Below are positions 52,429 to 64,000 of a stretch of 64,000 bases of DNA, piece after piece (position 1 is the first letter of the stretch; each line of letters opens with the position of its first letter). The stretch is from Chiloscyllium plagiosum. Taxonomy: Eukaryota. The translations under genes and the position numbers were made by a program. The notes beneath the pieces are model-generated. The model was given only the letters and a program-made list of their open reading frames with translations. It made no database searches and was not told the DNA's origin. The stretch spans positions 16,635,532 through 16,699,531 of the forward strand of contig NC_057719.1 of assembly GCF_004010195.1 (NCBI RefSeq), written 5' to 3'.

Positions 52429-53982
52429 TGCTTAAGTAAGAGCTACATCATGTCGAATGATGAGTCACCATCACTCCTGAAGCTTTGCACTTGCAAGTTT
52501 CTCTCTTTTGGGTTTTCTGTGCATCTTTGATGCAGGATCACGTTATTTAAATGTGTCGGGAGAATCCACAACTGGAGAAGTGGAGATCTTTCTTTTGATG
52601 AAACATCACTGGACTCAGAGCGTTGACTCCGTTTTACTCTCCACAGGTACTGCCAGACCTGCTGAGTGTCTCCAGCACCTTCTGTCCTTCTTTGAGCTCT
52701 TACTCCATTAGTTGCACTTGATGGTGTAGGTATTGAGAAAAGAAGGACAGTTACAGTTACGTCAGTATGTGTGCGCAGTAAAGAACATGCAGAGAATGGT
52801 TTTCAAGGCTGGGTGGAGGGGCAGTGACATTGCTCTGCTGAAATAAGATGTGGGAAGAGCAGTACAACTCAGAGCTAAGAATGGCTGTGCTCAATGATTT
52901 GATGGCTTTGATCAAATAATTGTGCAGCACAGCTGGAAACCCTAGGTGACAACTGCAGTTTTATGAGTGAGGCATGTTATTGAAAATTAGTCACTTGTGC
53001 TTTATTACCCACCTCAGTCTTTTGGGTGGGCAGCTCTGCCAAACTAGAGCAAGTTGCTACACCAGACTTTCATAACACCTCTCTTTATTCAACTTGGCTG
53101 TTTACTGAAAAGTTGATACATTGTGCTTTATCAGAAACTGTGCACAATTATTTGAATTCTTGCAGGCAGTCAACTGATCGCTCCGGTCTAAGGCCAGGTC
53201 CATGTGGTGAATGGATCCTCAATTACAGTAACTAGCCTCTTCCATTCATGGAATCATAGAATCGTATAGTACAGAAGTGGCCCTTTGGCCCATCATGTCT
53301 GTACCATCAAAGCTACACTAAGTCGGCACTAGTTCCACTTTTCAGCACTATGCCCATAGCCTTGAATGTTTTATTTACTCATCCAAGTACTTTTTAATTC
53401 ATTTAATATTCTTTGTGCTTTTAATATTAGCCGTTGATAGAGTAAATAACTAAATGAAGAGTGAATGCACAGGCTGCAATTTCCAAGGAGTATCAATTTG
53501 TAACAGGCATTTTACAGAAAATTAAATGTTATAAAAGCAGCACTGATCACGTTTCCTGTATTCGTCCTTCCAGCAAGGCCACTGTTGCCTTGTCAGTGTT
53601 ATCTGACTGTCTCAGAATAAGCCCGGATTGCTGAACCATGGTGGCAGTCAACATCAAATGGTCTGATGTTTCATTTGATGCAGTGTGTCAGGGCAGCAGT
53701 TGGTGGCCTGGAACTCTGAGCTCAAAACATATAAAATGGCAATCCAGTACTTGTACACTGCTACTCATGTAACACACAAGAGTGCAGTCAGGTGTTGGAC
53801 TAATAGTACAAATTACAACCGCAATCAGGAAACCAGAATCTAAAGGGGGGGGGTGCAGAACGTTACAAATCTAAAGGAATTTACAGTGTGTTCTGCCAAG
53901 GGGAGTACCCTGGAACCATTACTGACTGTGCATTCCTGGCAGGCTGCACTGTATCTTTCTGTTTTGTTGTTGCTAGATGTTG

Positions 53983-54208
53983 AGCTGAAAAATGTGTTGC
54001 TGGAAAAGCGGAGCAGGTCAGGCAGCATCCAAGGAGCAGGAGAATCAACGTTTCGAGCGTAAGCCCTTCTTCAGGAATGCCTGAAGAAGGGCTTATGCCT
54101 GAAACGTCGATTCTCCTGCTCCTTGGATGCTGCCTGACCTGCTGCGCTTTTCCAGCAACACATTTTTTCAGCTCTGATCTCCAGCATCTGCAGTCCTCAC
54201 TTTCTCCC
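53983..54208. mobile_element. Palindromic PLE family A mini-element
   Basis: 15-bp TSD tgttgctagatgttg (53968-53982, 54209-54223); ~93-bp inverted arms; hammerhead on each strand. Confidence 0.9.
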
Positions 54209-55277
54209 TGTTGCTAGATGTTGCATGTTCTCTCCTAGTACAAGATTGTACGTGTTATTAAACATCACCGCTCTGCAATGTCCTTTCCCTGCGTCTTCTG
54301 ACCTGTTTGTGCAAACACAGTGTGATCCTGAGTGCAAAGCAGCCACTTCCTCCTATTATCTCCCATCTTTGCTGTCCCCTCCTCCCCTCATACATATGAA
54401 CATAACCATTTGTCTGAGAGAGGGCCTAGCTGGACATCATGCTCCCGTGAAATTGACTGCAAAGCATCAATTTGACTCTTCCCCCGATACTTATTCATTT
54501 TTAAAGAGTTTCATTCCATGCAAATTGGGAGGGTGCAGTCACTGCTCACTACTCCCCCCTGTTGGTCAATTTGAAATGAGACAGTTGTCAAGAAAAGGAG
54601 TTGAGTAGGGATCAGAGTTAAAATGAGGAAATTCTTCCAGAGTAGGAAAGAAAACAAGAATAGGCTTTTACCGCTTTGAACCTGTTTCTACTATTGAACA
54701 AAATCATGTCCGATCTGTCCCTTAACTCTGTTTAGACTTTGTTCCAGTTCCACTCCACCACCAATAGCTTGATAATGTAATTGGCCCTTTGGTAAGTTGC
54801 TCCAGTTTGTTATGGTTCCAGATGGGGATCCCCTTCCTTGAGTTCCCAGGCAAGAAGGGGTGAACAGGCTGCCTTTCCACCTGCCCCTTCAGTTGGTTGC
54901 AACAAGGCCAATTTGAACAAGATCCTTTCCTTGTGGATACTTTACTCCCAGGCCCAAATGAATGTGGCAGTGTTTCCTGAGACCCACAAAAGCAAGCAGC
55001 TATGCACACTAGCTAATCAAGACATGTGCGTGTTTCCAGACAGACATATTCATGTACACCATACATATGAAATGCACAGAGAAGGCCACATGTTTTGAAA
55101 TGGGATTCAACAGTGAGGAGTGAAGGATGAAATTGGTTGGGTAAAATCTGGGGAGGATAGAATCAGGGGTATTAATAGTCGAGCAATAACAGTACTAGGT
55201 CACCACTTCTCCCAAGACCATAAGATGTCAGAATAGAATAGGCCTTTCAGCCCATCAAGTCTGCTCCATCTGCTCCA

Positions 55278-55573
55278 GGGGCAGCATGGTGGCTCAGTGG
55301 TTAGCACTACTGCCTCACAGTCACAGGTTCGATTCCAGCCTCGGGCGACTGTCTGTGTGGAGTTTGCACATTCTCCCCATGTCTATGTGGGTTTCCTCTG
55401 GGTGCTCCGGTTTCCTCTCACAATCCAAAGATGTGCAGGTCAGGTGAATTGCCCATAGTGTGAGGTGCATTAGTCAGAGGGAAACGGGTCTGGGTGGGTT
55501 ACTCTTCGGAGGTTCGGTGTGGACTGGTTGGGCCGAAGGGCCTGTAACTGCACTGTAGGGAATCTAATCTAAT
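55278..55573 (+). mobile_element. V-SINE (HE1-like)
   Basis: Head, V-domain, tail and (aatct)n end. Confidence 0.9.
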
Positions 55574-56614
55574 TTGATCAAGGCAGCTTGTAGCATACAT
55601 GCACTTTTATCAGCAAATGCAGCTAATGAATTTGTTTTTAAAGATGCCAATTTAACCTGGCTGTGTTAGATTGACAAAAGAGTGCATTTAGTAGTTATTT
55701 AATATGAGAAAAAAATTATTTCACTACGCACACATTAAAAATAAAAAGTGAATCCAAAAAGATAAAAGGGAAGTTAAAAAGATTTGTGAATCAGTCTCTA
55801 ATTTCCTAATGAGTGGAGTGTTGAACATCGCAGCTATTGCATTGATGTTGGTAGTTGGATAATCAGTTTCACAATCCTTAGTTTTGTAGATTAGTTGAGA
55901 TTCTGTAGTTCGGTTTCTTTTCAACTGCGGTTGATTTGCAGTTTTCAGGGTGAGGGTGAGTTCTCTTGTTGTCCTGTTTCTCTTTTGTCTAGTTTGGGAC
56001 ATAATCTGCAAACCATAGCTTGCTTTTGAGCAGATATCAGTCCCTTTTTATCTTTGTAGTTACAAGAGATGGCAGTCCAGTTTATTTGAAGTTTCTTTCA
56101 ATGCCTTTGAGTATTAGATTCCATTGGTCCCATGCTGAATCTTTGCCATCAGCTACTGAATTCATACCTTCAATTATTTTGTCAATGTAGCAGTTCTCTT
56201 TTCCTGAAAAGAAAACACACATTTTCAAGTTAATGGCTCAAAAATGTTCATAGTATCTGGAAGCTTCATAAAACTGATCAATGTCCTTTTGGAAAATTTC
56301 ATTGGATTTGGTTTCCGCAGTAATGTAGCCGTGATAGAAGTGTTAAGATGAGAGACTCCCAGGCTGCAGTCAATACATTAAGCTGCACGTCTATCTAATA
56401 CTGAACACATGTATTACAAGACTGAAATCCTAGGATGTGTAAAAATGCAGTTTGCAGCACCAGCAGTGAGTTTTGAAATGAGTAAGAAGGTTGCTGTGTT
56501 TAAAAATTATATTGTCAAGAGAAAATAAAGAATATTTTGATTTTTAACCTTTTTTTAATATTTATTTAACATTTTGTAAACAGCTGTCCTCCAATGAGAA
56601 TAAAACAGTCCTTG

Positions 56615-57210
56615 CAGACACATTATTAGCCGAGTGAACCTTCAATACCAGTGTATCTCACTTTAGAGAAAGGGACCTAAATTGTTCACAGTATTCCAGG
56701 TTTGATTAGTGCCTTTTACAGTTGAGCAAAACCTCCTTGGTTTTACAAAACAACAAAAGCACTGTGGATGCTATAAATCAGAAACAAAAACAGAAATTGC
56801 TGGAAAACCTCAGTAGATCTGGTATCATCTGTGAAGAAAAATCAAATTTAACGTTTCAGATCGAGTGACCCTTCCTTCGAATTCAGTTCTGAGGAACAGT
56901 TCTGAGGAACCCAAAACATTAAATCTGATTTCTCTTCATAGATGCTGCCAGACCTGCTGAGCTTTGCCAGCAATTTCTGTTTTTGTTTTCTCCCTTTTTT
57001 TTGTACTCCATTCTCTTTGAAATAAATGTCAACAATCAGTTTACCTTCTCTATTACCTGCTGAGCTTGGATGTTAGCTTTTTGTGATCCAGGCACAAATC
57101 ACCTCCAAATCTTTCTACACTACAGCTGTTTGCAATCTTTTCCCATTTAAATAATATTTAACTTTTCTGTTCTTCCTGCCAAAGCACATAGTCTCATATT
57201 TTGCCATATG
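56615..57210 (-). mobile_element. Old CR1 fragment carrying a palindromic PLE family C insertion (~56745-56990)
   Basis: Arms gaaacaaaaacagaaattgctgg... / ...ccagcaatttctgtttttgtttt; CR1-like flanks. Confidence 0.65.
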
Positions 57211-57347
57211 GGAATAGACAATTTAACAATTTTACACACCAAGCATTTCCCTGCAGAAATGAGCTGCCCTGAGATATTGTTCCTGATATACTCCTGGCCT
57301 AAAATAATGCGATGTGATGTTAGTCAGCTGAGAAAGAAATAGGTGCA

Positions 57348-57790
57348 AAGACTTGCATTTGAATAGCACCTTTTCATTTCAGTATACACTAAAATGCTTT
57401 CCAACTCATCATGTACTTTTAAATTGTAGTCATTCTTAAAATGTAGAAAGCACAGCAGTTAGTTTGCCAGAGTGTACTTTCACAGACAGTAATGTGATAA
57501 TGATAGAAGAGTTTGTTTTTATCCCCACTGATGTTGGTTGAGGGAGAAATATTGATGGTAAAAGTCCTTATGTGTACTTTAACATGATGGGTGCAATGGC
57601 TGTGATTTGCTAAATTTTACCAGCTAGGATACTGGTGACACCCCTTACTTTGAAATAATGCTGCAGGATTTTATTTTTATGTTCACCTGTGAGCAGACAA
57701 GGCCTTAGTTTCCTAATTCTCTTGAAAGATAGCACTTCTGGCAGTGCAGCACTCCCTCAGAAAGACACTGCAGTGTCAGCTCAAATCTGT
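57348..57790 (-). mobile_element. DeuSINE-like (SacSINE1/AmnSINE-type) element
   Basis: cttgcattt..atagcacctttt tail, gatgttggttgaggga..aatatt and cagtgcagcactccctcag motifs recalled from Deu-domain SINEs; a second remnant lies at ~44690-44800. Confidence 0.6.
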
Positions 57791-57919
57791 GGAAAGTGCA
57801 GCACATCACCTATTCTTTCCGAAACAATGAATTTCAACCAGGACCTCTTTGGATCTTGTGTCTAAATAGTATCTTAAATAATATTTGGTAATCTCATCAA
57901 GTGTGAGACTCACAGAAGA

Positions 57920-59410
57920 CAAGGACAGTTTAGGGATAGTCAACATGGCTTTGTGCGTGCAAAATCATATTTCACTAAATTGCTCTGAAGAGGTGACAAG
58001 AAACATGTTATCTTACTGAGTCTGATGTGGGATGATTTGAAGTCATTGGGGATTTAGATCTATTGGAATAATTGTGTTTATACAGATCATTTTGCATAAG
58101 ACCAGAAAGCATGTAGGAGCAGATTGATGGAGGCAGAGCAGTAGACATGGTCTATATGGGCTTCAGCAAAGTATTCAACAAGGTTCCACATGGTAGACTG
58201 GTTAGTAAGGTTAGATCAATTGGTAAAAAATTGGATTGAAGGTAGGAGACAGAGAGTAGTGGTAGAGCAAAAACAGAAATTGCTATTAAAGCAGAGCAAA
58301 TCTGGCAGCATCTGTGGAGAGAAATTAGAGTTAGCGTTTCAATCCAGTGACTTCCTCAGAATGTGGTGGTAGAGGATTGCTTTTGGGACTGGAGGCCTGT
58401 GACTAGCTGGGTGCTACAAGGATCAGTGCTAGCTCCACTGCTTTTTGTCATTTATATAAATTATTTGGATGTGAATATAGGAGGTATGGCTAATAGGTTT
58501 GCAGATGACACCAAAATTTGTGGTGCAATGAACAGTGAAGAAGGTTACCTCAGAGTACAACAGGACCTTGATCAGATAGGCCAGTGGGCTAAGGAATGGC
58601 AGATGGAATTTAATTTAAGTAATAGTGAGGTGTTATATTTTGGTAAGGCAAACCAGGGCAGGACTTATACACTTAATGGTAGGACCCTCGGGAGTGCTGC
58701 TGAACAAAGAGATCTAGGGGTTGCAGGTGCATAGTTCCTTTAAAGTAGAATTGCAGGTAGACAGGGTAATGAAGAAGGCATTTGGCATACTACTCTTCAT
58801 TGGCCAGAGCATTGAGGTCAGAACATTGAGTGTAGGAACTGGGACATCTTGTTGCAGCTGTACAGGACACTTTTAGAATACTGCATACAATTCTGATCGC
58901 CCTTCTATCAAAAGGATTTTGTTAAACTTGAGAAGGTGCAGAAATGATTTACAAGGATGTTGCTAGGTCTGGAGGGTTTGAGTTATAGGGAGAGGCTGAA
59001 TAGACTGGGCTTTTTTTCCCTAGAAAGTCAGAGGCTGAGGAGTGACCTGATAGAGGTTTATACAACGGTGAGGGGCAGAGTTAAAATGAATAGCCAAGGT
59101 CTTTTCCTTAAGGTCAAGGTGTCCAAAACTACAGACCATAGGTTTGCAGTGAGAGGGGAAAGATTGAAAAAAGACCCTGAGGGATCCCTTTTTCATGCAG
59201 AGGGTGGTGTGTGTATGGAGCAAGCTGCCAGAGGAAGTGGTGGAAGTGGGTTTATTACAACATTTAAAAGACATCTGGATTGTATATGAATAGGAAGGGT
59301 TTGGAGGGATATGGTCCAAATGTTGGAAAATAGGACTGGATCAGTTTTGGATGACTGGTCAGCATGGATGGTTTGGACTATAGGGTCTGTTTCTGTGCTA
59401 TGATTCTATG
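57920..59410 (+). mobile_element. CR1 LINE with two internal insertions
   Basis: VLQGSVLAPLLFVIYIN...FADDTKI; insertions at 58001-58122 and 58268-58361 (PLE family C terminus). Confidence 0.9.
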
Positions 59411-59549
59411 CACAGTGCAAATGAAATAAATTACAGTCTTGAAACATTTTGCCTTACTGAATCTGATGTCTGATAATGTGAAGTGGTTGGGGATTTAGAT
59501 CAATTGGAGTAATTGTCTTTATACAGGTCATATTGCATAAGATCAGAAT

Positions 59550-60090
59550 GCATAAGATATACGAGCAGAATTAGGCCATTTGGCCTATAAAGTCTTCTCC
59601 ACTATTCAATCATGGCCGATATGCTTCTCAACTCCATTCTTTTGCCTTCTCCCTGTTACCCTTATTCCCCTTACTAATCAAGATCCATCTATCTACCACT
59701 ACCTTAAATATACCTATTGACTTTGCCTCCACAGCCTTCTGCAGCAATGCATTCTGCAGATTCACCCCCTCATGTTGAAGAAATTCCTCCTCATTCTCTG
59801 TTCTAAAGGGTTATCCCTTCACTCAATGGGTGTGCCTTTAGGTCTTAGTCTCTCCAACATCTTTTTCACATCCACCATGTTCAGGCCTCTCAGAAATCTG
59901 TAAGTTTAAATCAGATAATCCCTTATCCGTCTAATCTCCATCGATACAGACCCGGAGTCCTCAACCACTCCTCATATGACAAGCCCTTCATTCCTGGAAT
60001 CCTTCTTGTAAACCTCCTCCGGACCCCTCTAACACCAGCACAACTTTACTTAGGTAGGGGGTCAAAAACTGCTCACAATAATCCAAAAAG
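59550..60090 (-). mobile_element. CR1 3' fragment (another subfamily)
   Basis: taagatat..gagcagaattaggccatt tail and reverse-strand C-terminal motifs. Confidence 0.75.
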
Positions 60091-60239
60091 TGAAAAAGTG
60101 ATAAAGATCAGGTTGAGTCATCTGTGATAGGAGTCTTATGTGGTCTATGAGACCAATGGAAAATGATGGCTTCATTGCTCATTATTTTGTACCTATTTCC
60201 TGCCTGTGTGTCTAAAGTCCCAGCATGATAAGCATGGCT

Positions 60240-61577
60240 TATACAGTGAGTACAGTAGGGGGCTGAATACGCAATCAACACTGGAGCCCCCCCAGGGTGC
60301 GTACTCAGCCCCCTACTGTACTCACTGTATACCTATAACTGCGTCGCCAAATACCAGACTAATGCCATTTACAAGTTTGCTGATGACACCACCAAGTAGA
60401 AGACCTGAAAAAATGGTGCACTGAGAACAACCTAGCTTTCAATGTCAGCAAAACCAAGGAACTCATTATTGTCTTTCAGCGGGATGTTATTCATGCCCCC
60501 CTACACATTAACAACACAGAGGTGGAATGAGTGGACAGTGTCAAGCTCCTGGGAGTGGTCATTCACAACAAGCTTTCTTGGACTCTTCATGTGGATGCAC
60601 TGGTTACAAAGGCCCAACAAGGTCTCTTCTTCCTCAGGCAGCTGAGGAAATTTGGCATGACAGCAAATACCCTTGCCAACTTTTATAAGTGTGCCATCGA
60701 GAGCATTCTGTCTGGATGTATCACTACCTGGGTATGGCAACTGTACTATTCATGATCGGAGCCAGTTACAGAGAGTGGTGAACTCAGCCTGGCCAATCAC
60801 AAAGGCCAACCTCCCATCTACAGAATCCATCTATCCATCTACCAGGGCCGCTGTCAAGGAAAGGCTGCCAGCATTCTCAAAGATCCATCCCACCCTGACA
60901 ATGTTTTTCTACAGGGAGGAGTAAGTGAGGACTGCAGATGCTGGAGATCAGAGGTGAAAAATGTGTTGCTGAAAAAGCACAGCAGGTCAGGCAGCATCCA
61001 AGGAGCAGGAGAATCGATGTTTCGGGCATAAGCCCTTCTTCAGGAATGAGGAGGGTGTGCCAAGCAGGCTAAGATAAAAGGTAGGGAGGAGAGACTTGGG
61101 GGAGGGGCGTTGGGAATGCGATAGGTAGAAGGAGGTTAAGGTGAGGGTGGGGGTGGAGAGGTCCACAAGAAGATTGCAGGTTCTTCCCGACCTCTCCGCC
61201 CCATGCCCTCTCTGGCCCATCACCCTCACCTTAACCTCCTTCCACCTATCGCATTCCCAACGCCCCTCCCCCAAGTCCCTCCTCCCTACCTTTTATCAAT
61301 GTTTTTCTATAACCTCTGCCATCGGGGAGAAGGTACAGAAGCCTGAACACACACACCAACCGCTTTCGTAACAGTTTCTACCCTACTGTTGTTAGAATAT
61401 TGAATCGACTCCCAAATTCTGAACATTCGCCTGTATCTGTGTTTTGTTTTTGCTGCTGTTTACCTCTTATTTACTATCTATGCTACTTAACTCTGTGATC
61501 TGCCTGTATTGCTCACAAGACAAGGCTTTTCACTGTGCCTCGGTACACGTGACCATAAATGCAATTCAATTCAATAA
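60240..61577 (+). mobile_element. Rex1/Babar-clade LINE, 5'-truncated
   Basis: TGAPQG, YKFADDTT, NVSKTKEL, SVKLLGV.I.NKLSW..HV..LV.KAQQ.LFFLRQLRKFG...NFYKCAIESILSGCITTW; (attca)n tail. Confidence 0.82.
60918..61296. mobile_element. PLE family A insertion with inversion, inside the Rex1/Babar LINE
   Basis: 13-bp TSD caatgtttttcta (60899-60911, 61297-61309). Confidence 0.87.
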
Positions 61578-61719
61578 ATGCAATACTTTGACTTTTCTTC
61601 CTGCTCCCTTTTTCCTGCCTCTGCTGTAATATCTGTACCAGAGGATTGTTTCCACGGAAACCAGTGCTCAACTGGCTTGATTCTTTGGGACTTTAAGCAG
61701 TGAGTGACAAGAGCCTTGT

Positions 61720-61801
61720 TCTGGATTAGTGGTGCTGGAAGAGCACAGCAGTTCAGGCAGCATCTAAGGAGCTTCATCTGCAGTCATTGTTTTTACCTCG
61801 T
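61720..61801. mobile_element. 82-bp PLE micro-insertion
   Basis: 15-bp TSD tgacaagagccttgt (61705-61719, 61802-61816); two opposite-orientation pieces of the terminus seen at 18377-18465. Confidence 0.82.
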
Positions 61802-62521
61802 TGACAAGAGCCTTGTGTTGGTATCTTGTGAGAAGGTGCTTTGCTGTCTGGCTACCTTAAAGCTGCATGAAGATCTTGGGCAGAAAGCTCCGTAGTACTG
61901 GTTCAAGGCTCACAAATACTAGGTGGTGAAGGGTGACCCTGTCAAAATCTTGGCAGAAGAGGCACATTCTTGAGTATGAAGACATCTTTAGTAGCAAGAT
62001 AGCAAGTTACCGCAGAGTAGGACAAGGTGACTAAATTCCAAGGTAGATAATACTGTATCTCCTACAATATAGTACCTTGGCCTAATCGGTCTGGTGACAG
62101 ACTGCAGAGTTCAAGAGACTGGAGCAGAGACTCATCCCAGAAATTGTCATTCATATGTCAGTGGGTAGAGCAATTTCAAAGCTTCCAAGCTAACCATTTC
62201 AGGACAATAACAGCTAGCCAATCATATCGAACGGGTGAGGCATCAGAACTGAGTTTGGGTGAATATTGATGGAGAGACAGAGCTCAATGTGTACTAGTTT
62301 CTGCTAATTCATGACGTAGAAAGCAATTTTTAGCATCTGGTACAAATATAGATATTTAAATAATCAACTCATCAAAATGGCAGAGACCAAATTTAAACCC
62401 ATCTGGTCCACACAAGTCAAATGTTCAAGCCTCAAAACCATTGGACTTTTGAGGTAAGCTATGCATATAGTGTTTTTCTGAACCTCCTTCAGGATAGTGC
62501 CTCATGTTTTGAGCCTTATTC

Positions 62522-64000
62522 CAGGTGACTGCAGTGGCACAGGTTCTGGGAGTAGACCAGACCTGTGCCATATACAACAACACTGACAGTACCTCACACC
62601 TGATGACCAGGTTTCTTCCCGTGATGGAGAGTGACCTTTGGTTCCCATCTGCCCAGTTTCTGCCTTGCTTTCCTGATCTGCTCCTCCCAAGACTTGGCGC
62701 ATGACCCAGCCCCACCGAACCAAATACCCAGCACCTTCAGGTGGTCAGTCCAGACAATGAAGGGGATCGAGGATTGGTCGGCCCAGTTCCCTTGCTCTTG
62801 CCTTGATTGACCTAGCTCCTGAGGCCCGTTCAAACTGGTCAAATATGCACATGAGTCTGCGCACGGACAGCGGATCCGAGCAGAAAACGGTGACGTCATC
62901 CATGTACAGGGAGGCCTTAACCAGTAGGCCCCCGCTGCCAGGAATAGTAACCCCTCTCAGGCTCGCATCCTTCCTGATGGACTCAGCAAATGGCTCCATG
63001 CAGCACACAAACAAGGCAGGAGAGAGAGGGCAGCCCTGCCTGACTGCAGATCTGACTGGGAAGCTATCTGATTCCCACCCATTGATTGAGATGCACTGAC
63101 AATATTGGTTTAGAGCAGTCTGATCCAGTTGCAGATTCCCTCCCAAAAACCCATTTCGGAGAGAACATCCCTCATATACGTATGCTATATCCTGTCAAAA
63201 GCTTTCTCCTGGTCCAAGCTGATGAGGCAGGTGTCCAACTCCCTGTCCTGCACATAGGCAGTCGTATCCCTGAGGAGTGCGAGACTCTCAGCGTTTTTCC
63301 TGCCTGGTACAGCACAGGTTTGGTCAGGGTGAATCACCAACCACAGAGTAGACCTGACCCAGTTGGTGGTGACCTTTGATAAGATTTTGTAATCCGCGTT
63401 TAATAGTGAGATTGGTCTCCAATTTCTAATTTCCTCCCTCTCCCCCTTCCGCTTGTAGATGAGGGTGATGATGCCTTTCCTCATGGATTCGCTCATGGTA
63501 CCTGCCCGAAGCATATTACATACACCTCCAGTCATGGTACCTGCCCGAAGCATATTACATACACCTCCAGCAGGTCCTGGCCAATCAAGCCCCAGACAGT
63601 AGCATAGAGCTCGATCAGTAAGCCGTCGCTTCCAGGAGTTTTATTCTTTTCAAAGGACTCGCGGGCCTTGGTCAGCTCATCCAGAGATAACAGTTGGTCC
63701 AGCCTCTCCCGCGTTCTGTCGTCTAAGACCTCCATGATAGAGGACAGGAACGACTGGGAGGCCGCGCTGTCAGTTAGCTTTGAGTCATACAGACTGGCGT
63801 AGAAGGATTTACTGATCCTCATGATGTCAGCCTGAGATGACGTTACCGAGCCATCATCTTCCTTCAGGCTGCTAAGCACGGAGCTCTCTTTGTGCACCTT
63901 CTGGAAGAAGAAACGTGAGCACGTCTCATCCTGCTCCACGGAGCAGACCTTGGACCGGAAGATTATCTTGGAGGCCTCCGAGACAAAGAGCGAGGCTGGC
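62522..64000 (-). mobile_element. Tx1 (L1-group) LINE ORF2, disrupted, running off the window
   Basis: NKTPGSDGL, NWRPISLLNADYKILSK, IHPDQTCAVPGR, LDQEKAFDRI, VRQGCPLSPALF, YMDDVTVF, LKVLGIWFG; several frameshifts. Confidence 0.9.

Overview
Repeat-rich vertebrate genomic DNA, almost certainly from an elasmobranch (shark-type V-SINE/HE1 SINEs sharing their 3' tail with CR1/HER1-like LINEs), with three assembly gaps (22256-23031, 28404-29246, 45051-46012). The only host coding sequence I can support is one 77-bp internal exon (13576-13652, +) translating to (D)PASAYIRQLESKVKLLEEDNKILAQ. It matches CCDC85C, so the window is probably intronic in ccdc85c. The rest is nested mobile DNA: many CR1 fragments, a Rex1/Babar LINE, a Tx1-clade LINE, L2 remnants, V-SINEs, a second tRNA-type SINE, DeuSINE remnants, a solo LTR, a Tigger/pogo-type MITE and a decayed tRNA-Lys(UUU). 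The most notable signal is at least four sequence-distinct Penelope-like (PLE) families. Each carries a minimal hammerhead ribozyme (CUGANGA-stem II-GAAA) in its terminal repeat. Many occur as short, protein-free, palindromic insertions with 11-16 bp target-site duplications (TSDs) and a one-sided ~30-40 nt tail. Nearly all ORFs in the supplied track are TE fragments or spurious.
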